64,000 bases of DNA, from the NCBI GenBank assembly GCA_963825565.1, contig CAWGTW010000014.1, positions 23,408-87,407 of the forward strand, given 5' to 3'. A program made the position numbers and the translations under genes. Source of the DNA: Ilumatobacteraceae bacterium (GTDB lineage: Bacteria; Actinomycetota; Acidimicrobiia; Acidimicrobiales; Ilumatobacteraceae). Below are positions 57,980 through 64,000 of this stretch, in pieces (within the stretch, counting starts at the first letter, position 1; each line of letters opens with the position of its first letter). Below the pieces are notes generated by a model. The model ran no database searches. It was not told where the DNA came from and was given only the letters and a program-made list of their open reading frames with translations.

Positions 57980-59070
57980 ATGACCATGATCCAACGACGT
58001 GCCGGCCGTCTGGCGCTCTCGGCGTGCACCGTCTTCGCGCTGCTCGCCGGAGCAGCCTGCGGCGGAGACGAGAACCAGGACGACGCCGAGGCCTCGGCCG
58101 CAACTCCCGCCGCGACCGATGCTGCGTCGGACGGCACCGAGCAAGCAGCTGCCGAGCTCCCCAACGCCGCTGTCGAGACCGCCGACACCACGCCGGCGGA
58201 CCAACGCGAGTCGGACCCGCCACTCGTCGTCGCGGCAGCTCGTGGCGACCTCGCCGAGGTCACCACTCAGCTCGGGAGCGGGGCCGATCCGAACACCGCC
58301 AGGGAGAAGGACGGCTGGACACCGCTGCTGTTCGCCGCACAGGACGGCTACACCGACGTCGCGCTCGCACTCCTCGACGCTGGGGCTGCCGTCGATCGCG
58401 GCACCGACGACGGCTGGACCGCATTGATGATCGCCTCGCAGAACGGGCACGAGGACACGGTCGCAACGCTGCTCGAGCGAGGAGCCGACCCGAAGGTCGG
58501 ACGATCGACGAACTGGACCGCACTGCATTCGGCAGCGCTGCGAGACCAGGTGGGCATCGTCGGCCAACTCATCGACGCGGGCGCCCCCCTGAACGCTGCC
58601 GAGAACGGGTTCACGCCGCTCACGGTCGCCGCACAGGAAGGTCACGACGCGGTGATCACCCTGCTGACCGCAGGGGGTGCGGCGGTCGACGGGAGCCCGA
58701 ACGCCGGGCCGACACCGGTCTACATGGCCTCCCAGAACGACCACGTCACCGCTGCAGAGTTGCTCCTTGCCGAAGGGGCCGATCCCGACGACGGCGGAAC
58801 CGAGGGTCCGCCGATCGTGATCGCCGGAGCACGGAGCAATGCCGGCATCGTCACCGCGCTCGCAGCGCGGCCGGCGCGAACCTGGACCTACCCCGAGGGG
58901 ACGGCTTCACCGCGCTGCACTGGGCGGCGTACAACGACGACGCCGAGCTCACTCAACAGCTGCTCGACCTCGGGGCGAGCCGAGACGTGGTCGACGACGA
59001 CGACCAGACCCCACTCGACATCGCCGTCCTGCGAGACAGCGACGCATCGGCTGCCGTGCTGAAGGGGTGA
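57980..59070 (+). pseudogene. ankyrin-repeat lipoprotein, interrupted by a frameshift near 58871
   Basis: Lipobox LLAGAACGG. At least 6 ANK repeats (GWTPLLFAAQDGYTDVALALLDAGA, GWTALMIASQNGHEDTV...). The last repeats continue in another frame (GANLDLPRGDGFTALHWAAYNDDAELTQQLLDLGA...) ending at 59070. Confidence 0.7.
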
Positions 59071-59092
59071 CCAGGGACCGGCGGTCCGGCGC

Positions 59093-60076
59093 TCAGCCGA
59101 AGTCGACCAACGGAGCGAGGAGATCGTCCGAGTCCCCGAGTGGTCGTTGCTGCTCCTGCTTCGGCGCCCAGTCGTCGTACCAGACGAGCACCTCGGTCTC
59201 GTCGACTGCTCCCCCCGGACGAAGGCCGGCCCGGTACTCGATCACGACGACCTCACCCGCAGCGACGGAGATGTCGAACACGCCAACAGCGTTCACCCGC
59301 TGTACCGGCTGAGGAAGCCATTCGATCGATGCGTAGTCACCGTCGAGGGCGAGCGGGGGGATCAGCTCACGGTGCAGGCCGGTCGCAGCACTGCCGTCCA
59401 CCCCCGAGACCCGCACGACGCCGATGATCGTCTCCCGGTCGGGAGGCACCCGCCAACCGCGTTCGACCATGAAGGGGCCCTCGCGGACCGCCTGGAACGA
59501 GGCGTTGACCTCCTCGACCACCGCTGGGATCGTCGTCGTCGAAGCAGACGTGGTCGTCGTCGTCGCCGCGTCGGTGTCCTCCGGGGCCAGCGATGTCTCC
59601 ACCGATTGCGAGGTGCTCACCACTTCGGTGCCGGGCGAGTCCGGGTCAGCCGACAGCAGGATGAAGGCGCCGCCGGCCAGCCCGACGGCCACGGCGGCAA
59701 CGACCCCCACCAACCGCCAGTTCGTCCCTGGAGACGAGCCGGAGGCGGCGGTCGAAGCGTCCTCGAGCCCGGCCTGACGAGCGATCACTTCCACCGCGGC
59801 GCGAGCATCGGACGGAGCGATCCCCTCATCGACGCACGAGCGAACCACCCGATCGAACGGCAAGGACCCACCCCGTTGAACTCCCTGCGACACCAACTGG
59901 CGGGTTGCGGTCCGGAACGCGCTGAACTCGGCGTAGCGGTCGACACCCGGCTCAGCGATCAGGTCGGCCACCAATCCGATCGCCTTGCGCGGCTGCTGCA
60001 GCAGGTCGACTCCGTAGTTCACGGGCAGCGCAGCCAACGCACGTTCGAGCCGTCCGTCGTCACCCTCACCCACCAC
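59093..60076 (-). CDS. hypothetical single-pass membrane protein (327 aa)
   Basis: Has an N-terminal cytoplasmic helical part, a TM segment (LVGVVAAVAVGLAGGAFILL), a Thr-rich linker and an extracellular beta-rich domain. Divergent from the FHA gene. Confidence 0.5.
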   Translation of the reverse strand: MVGEGDDGRLERALAALPVNYGVDLLQQPRKAIGLVADLIAEPGVDRYAEFSAFRTATRQLVSQGVQRGGSLPFDRVVRSCVDEGIAPSDARAAVEVIARQAGLEDASTAASGSSPGTNWRLVGVVAAVAVGLAGGAFILLSADPDSPGTEVVSTSQSVETSLAPEDTDAATTTTTSASTTTIPAVVEEVNASFQAVREGPFMVERGWRVPPDRETIIGVVRVSGVDGSAATGLHRELIPPLALDGDYASIEWLPQPVQRVNAVGVFDISVAAGEVVVIEYRAGLRPGGAVDETEVLVWYDDWAPKQEQQRPLGDSDDLLAPLVDFG

Positions 60077-60173
60077 TGCTCACCACCGCTCACCTCTCCC
60101 GTCGTCGCGCACGGTGTCGTCCCCCGACACCTGCGGTCCAGCCTGTTCGGTCCCACACCATACGCTCGTGCCG

Positions 60174-60866
60174 ATGCAGGTGAAGGTCGGAGAGCACATC
60201 GTGGAGCTCACGCCCGGGGAAACGTTCGTGTTCGGGCGCGGCACCGACGCCGACCTCCAGGTCACGGACGGACCCGACGACGTGCGGGTCTCCCGGCGGG
60301 CGGGACGCCTCGAGTTCGACACGTTCGCGTGGCGAGTCACCAACATCGGCCGCCGCCCGTTCTTCGTCATCGTGGCGGCTGACGAGAACGAACTCGTGCC
60401 CGGCGACGGCGCACAGGCCAGCACGTTGATGCTCAGCGACGACCCGTGGATTCGGATCCCCACGTCGACCGGTGATGCCGCGTTGGAGATGTCGATCCCT
60501 TCCGACGAGCGCCCCGACCAGCGGGTTCTCGAGGCGACGGGGACATCGGCGGCGGCGACCGTCGTCGAGAGGACCGTGACGCTCACGGACAATGAACTCC
60601 GCAGTGTCGTCGCCGTGTACGCCGGATACCTCAGCCTGCCGCCCCACTACCGACGCGAGCCGAACTCATACCGAGCTGCGGCCAATCGCCTCCGCGTGGA
60701 GGAAGGCAAGGTGCGGGCCGACCTCCGCCGCGTGCGAGAGAAGGTCCAGCGGGCCGGCGGCCAACTCAGTGGCGGGTCGCGGGCGCGCGACGAGTTGATC
60801 CAGTGGCTGTCGTCGCGGCGAGTCGTCCGCCGTGAGCACCTCCAGGTCCTCATCCCGGACCAATGA
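60174..60866 (+). CDS. FHA-domain protein with a C-terminal helical (possible HTH) region
   Basis: From ATG 60174: FVFGRGTDADLQVTDGPDDVRVSRRAGRLEF...WRVTNIG is FHA-like. The C-terminus is basic and helical. Confidence 0.55.
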   Translation: MQVKVGEHIVELTPGETFVFGRGTDADLQVTDGPDDVRVSRRAGRLEFDTFAWRVTNIGRRPFFVIVAADENELVPGDGAQASTLMLSDDPWIRIPTSTGDAALEMSIPSDERPDQRVLEATGTSAAATVVERTVTLTDNELRSVVAVYAGYLSLPPHYRREPNSYRAAANRLRVEEGKVRADLRRVREKVQRAGGQLSGGSRARDELIQWLSSRRVVRREHLQVLIPDQ

Positions 60867-60964
60867 GGTCCGGCCGGACCTCTGTCCCGATCACCGCTGA
60901 CGTACCAAACTGGTCAACAGGTGACGCTCGACGATCGGGCGAATGAGACGGGGATGAGACAGCT

Positions 60965-62866
60965 ATGACGAACACATCGCCAGCGGCCACCGCTGATCGA
61001 CAGCGGAGCTCCCGAAGCCGTTGGGCACTCGCCATCATCGTGATTGCATCGCTCACGGTTGTGGCGATCGTTGCCTTCGTCGCCACCCGGGGCAGCGAAT
61101 CTGCCGCTCCCTTCCCGTGGTTCGCCGTCACCGATGCACCCGAGCCGTCCGAACACGTCGTCATCGAGTGGCAACGCAACGCAGCCCAGACGCAGATCAC
61201 CTACGCGGCATCGCCCCCGACGGCGTGGTCGGGATCACTGGCGTTCGACGGGCTCACCGACACCTCGTTCGAGCAACGACAGGAGTTGGTCGGCCGATTC
61301 GCGCATCCACTCCAGTCCGATGTCCTCGGCCACTTCGGCGTCGAAGTCGTGGCGCTCGACCAGGCTGCGTACCTCCTCGACCCCGATCGAGACGGCACCG
61401 TCGACCTCGCCATCTTCCGGAGCCTCGTCGGAGCGCCACCCGATCTGCCCGCAACCGACCCGCTCGCGTTCGCCGCCTACGACCATGCAGAGACCCTGGT
61501 CGTGCGCCCGGGCATCGGCGACCAACTGCTGCCCACCTACGAGGCATACGGGATGATCGGCATCGCGTGCACATCGCCCCTCGCGCTCGGACTGAGCGCC
61601 GACGGCCTCCCTCAGGCCCCCGAGTACGACCTCGTGCCCGTCGAATTCTCCTGCGAACCGCCACAGGCTCGGCAAGCGGACGGCGCACCAGATCGTGAAG
61701 GATCCTTCGACGACGTCAGCGGATTCCGGTCCAACAGTGGCAGTGCGCTCCGGCAGATGTCGCCTCCATTCGACGTGCAACGGCCGTGCGCCAACCATCT
61801 CCAGGTCTGGCAGCACGAGATCACCGAAGGGACCCGTCTGAAGGACGCTCGGGATCGGGCGCGCGAGTTCGAACGGCTGACGCTCGCTGAACAACAGGCG
61901 ACCGTCGCACTCGCGCGAGAACTCAAGAAGGCGTTCCAGAATGCGGACGTCCTGCGCAAGTACGAGACGGCGCCGTCGGATGCCGCTCGAACGCTCGTGC
62001 TCACGAACTACCTGAGAGGCAAGATCGAGGGACAGCTCGCCAAGGAACTGATCAACATCTATGGCCCGGACCAACCGGCGCTGAAGTCGTTCAGCGCGAT
62101 CATGTTCTCGATGGTGAAGAGCCTGGCGCGCGGAACGTCGCCGGTGGGCCAGATCATCGACGCACAACTCTGGGCTGCCGATCGAGCGCTCGAGGTCGCC
62201 AAGATCCTCGGCGAGCGAGCAGACGACGCGGTCGACGCGAACGAGGAGTCGCAGGAGCAATGGGAAGAGGCCTACCACGACTGCCTTGAAGCCCAGGAGG
62301 AGAACAAGAAGAAGGCCCGCGGAAAGGGAGAGCCGCACCTGACGACGTTCGACGGGTTCAGCTACGACTTCCAAGGCGTCGGCGAATACGTCCTTTCGAC
62401 GGGCGAGGGGCTTGAGGTTCAAGCCCGCTACGCACCGATCCGGGATGGGGATGTCAGCGTCGCTGTCGCAGCCGCCTTCGTGCTCCCGGGCGGTGTCGAG
62501 TCGGTGTTCGTCGATGCGACCGGACAGCCCGGCGAGGGCTGGTCGGTCTACCTCGGTGACGCGGAGTACTTCGTGCCGAACGGCGCAAGCCGTCTCGGCA
62601 CCTACGCGGTGAGCGCAAGTCCGACCACGTTGAGCTTCGAGACCGACGGTCCCGTGGGCCGGTCCATGCGCCCGATCGAACCGTTGCCGACGACCGGGAG
62701 CTGCTGTACACGAGCCGGTCCCTGCTCGCCGTCGAGCGCCGTCTCCTCGAACAGCTCGCTGCTGGCGCGCGGACTGGCACAGGCGTCCTCGAGCCTGTGG
62801 CCGTCGAAACCGCGATCGAACACTCGACGCTCGGCGACGACCAGGCCGCCGCGATCAGGGCGCTGA
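60965..62866 (+). CDS. membrane-anchored protein with a coiled-coil region and a von Willebrand factor type D (VWD) domain; the 3' end is probably non-native read-through
   Basis: TM segment WALAIIVIASLTVVAIVAFVA. VWD signature GEPHLTTFDGFSYDFQGVGEYVL at about 62326. After about 62650 the translation becomes low-complexity, while another frame shows TraA-like homology. Confidence 0.55.
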   Translation: MTNTSPAATADRQRSSRSRWALAIIVIASLTVVAIVAFVATRGSESAAPFPWFAVTDAPEPSEHVVIEWQRNAAQTQITYAASPPTAWSGSLAFDGLTDTSFEQRQELVGRFAHPLQSDVLGHFGVEVVALDQAAYLLDPDRDGTVDLAIFRSLVGAPPDLPATDPLAFAAYDHAETLVVRPGIGDQLLPTYEAYGMIGIACTSPLALGLSADGLPQAPEYDLVPVEFSCEPPQARQADGAPDREGSFDDVSGFRSNSGSALRQMSPPFDVQRPCANHLQVWQHEITEGTRLKDARDRAREFERLTLAEQQATVALARELKKAFQNADVLRKYETAPSDAARTLVLTNYLRGKIEGQLAKELINIYGPDQPALKSFSAIMFSMVKSLARGTSPVGQIIDAQLWAADRALEVAKILGERADDAVDANEESQEQWEEAYHDCLEAQEENKKKARGKGEPHLTTFDGFSYDFQGVGEYVLSTGEGLEVQARYAPIRDGDVSVAVAAAFVLPGGVESVFVDATGQPGEGWSVYLGDAEYFVPNGASRLGTYAVSASPTTLSFETDGPVGRSMRPIEPLPTTGSCCTRAGPCSPSSAVSSNSSLLARGLAQASSSLWPSKPRSNTRRSATTRPPRSGR

Positions 62867-64000
62867 CCTCGAACGGCGATCGCATCTCCGTGATGGTCGG
62901 ACGTGCAGGCACCGGCAAGACCCACACGCTCGGCACACTCCGCACCGCCTACGAGGACGCCGGATGGTCGGTCATCGGATTGGCGCCATCAGCACGTGCC
63001 GCCCGCGAGCTTCAGGAGGGGTCGGGCATCGAGTCGACGACGATCGCCCGGCACCTCGTCGAACAACGAACCATCACCACGACCACGGTTGTCGTCGTGG
63101 ACGAAGCTGCGATGGCCGGCACCCGTGACGTCGCTGCGATCGTCGATCAAGCAACCGCCGTCGGCGCCAAGGTCGTGCTCGTCGGCGACCATCACCAGCT
63201 GCCCGAAGTCGCCGCCGGCGGAGCCTTCCGCGCCGCCCTCGACACACTCGGCGATCAGGTCGTTGAGCTGACCGTCAACCGCCGCCAGCAACACGAGTGG
63301 GAACGTGAGGCGCTCGACCAGCTCCGCTGCGGTGACGTTCCGACGGCGTTCGCCGCATACCGAGACCACGGCCGAGTCGTCATCACCGACACACCCGACG
63401 ACCTCCACGCGATCGTGCTCGGCGACTGGCACGCCATCCGGCCCCACGGAGAAACGCTGCTCCTCGCCGGGACACGAGCCGAAGCCCGCTTCCTCAACCG
63501 CCACGCTCGCCAGTTGCTCGCCGCCTCCGGTGAGCTGTCCCTCGAAGACGAGGTCGAGTTCGCCGGCCACGGCTACGTCGTCGGCGACGAGGTCGTGATG
63601 TGCCGCAACGACCGCCACCAGCACCTCGTGACCGGCAGAGGAGTTCGCCGTCGACAACGGCATGCGCGGCACCGTCACCGGCCTCTCCCTCGACCACATG
63701 ACCGTCCGCGTCACCAGCGGCGAACACGTCGTGCTCGACCGCGACTACCTCGACCACGGCTGGGTCGACCACGCCTACGCCGTCACGATCCACAAGGCGC
63801 AAGGCGTCACCTGCGACTCCGTTCTCGTCGTCGGCCCCGCCGGCCTGTACCGCGAAGGCGCGTACGTTGCCCTCTCCCGGGCCCGCCACGAAGCCCGCCT
63901 CTACGTCACCGCCGACCAAGCAGCTGGGATCGAAGAACGCCACGAGTACGGCATCCCGCTGCCGACCGAATCGGTGCCCGATCCCGAAGCACGACATCCT
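62689..64000 (+). pseudogene. 5'-truncated, frameshifted TraA/TrwC-type conjugative relaxase-helicase (RecD-like ATPase part only); runs off the window
   Basis: Frame 1 is open from 62560. RELLYTSRSLLAVERRLLE, Walker A GRAGTGKTHTLG, Walker B VVVVDEAAMAG, VLVGDHHQLPEV. A frameshift near 63636 moves it to frame 2: EFAVDNGMRGTV...AYAVTIHKAQGVTCDSV...YVALSRARHEARLY. It is not in the ORF track because it has no stop within the window. Confidence 0.7.

Noticed and set aside
62405-62430. GGTTCAAGCCC string resembling a tRNA T-arm
   Set aside because: It lies inside the VWD coding region. The flanking sequence has no acceptor or anticodon stem complementarity.

Overview
This is a very GC-rich, densely coding chromosomal segment that looks like Actinomycetota. 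I saw no rRNA, tRNA or CRISPR. All calls come from reading the ORF translations and the DNA; no searches were run.

Layout:
- 0.1-10.3 kb: a catabolic-looking block with an SDR, a ThuA-like protein, a complete 2-oxoacid dehydrogenase E1alpha/E1beta/E2 set, an acyl-CoA synthetase, a Rieske oxygenase, a carotenoid/stilbene-cleavage oxygenase and a TetR regulator.
- 10.3-13.8 kb: a decaying branched-chain amino-acid-type ABC importer. It has a fused permease and a frameshifted binding protein with an 18-bp tandem repeat, and no ATPase gene.
- 13.9-17.7 kb: housekeeping and accessory enzymes.
- 17.8-24.2 kb: a compact six-gene RiPP cluster. It encodes a P450, an 84-aa precursor ending in WLYD, a DUF692/MNIO oxidase with its partner, a B12-radical-SAM enzyme and a methyltransferase. 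This is the stand-out feature and matches the enzyme set of the aminopyruvatide (apy) pathway.
- 24.4-32.5 kb: a translationally coupled A/V-type ATPase operon with minimal stator parts, ending in a universal stress protein gene.
- 32.5-49 kb: malic enzyme, stress and envelope genes, an orphan mraY, an HNH-endonuclease remnant, and a second acetoin-type E1alpha/E1beta cluster that has only a free-standing lipoyl domain plus an AcoX-like kinase.
- 49.2-59.1 kb: two large secreted S8 subtilases, one of about 1810 aa with internal tandem repeats, and a frameshifted ankyrin lipoprotein.
- 59-64 kb: an accessory or mobile-remnant region with an FHA protein and a vWF-D-domain membrane protein that runs into a 5'-truncated, frameshifted TraA-like conjugative helicase.

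Many long Arg/Pro/Gly-rich antisense ORFs in the track are GC artefacts.
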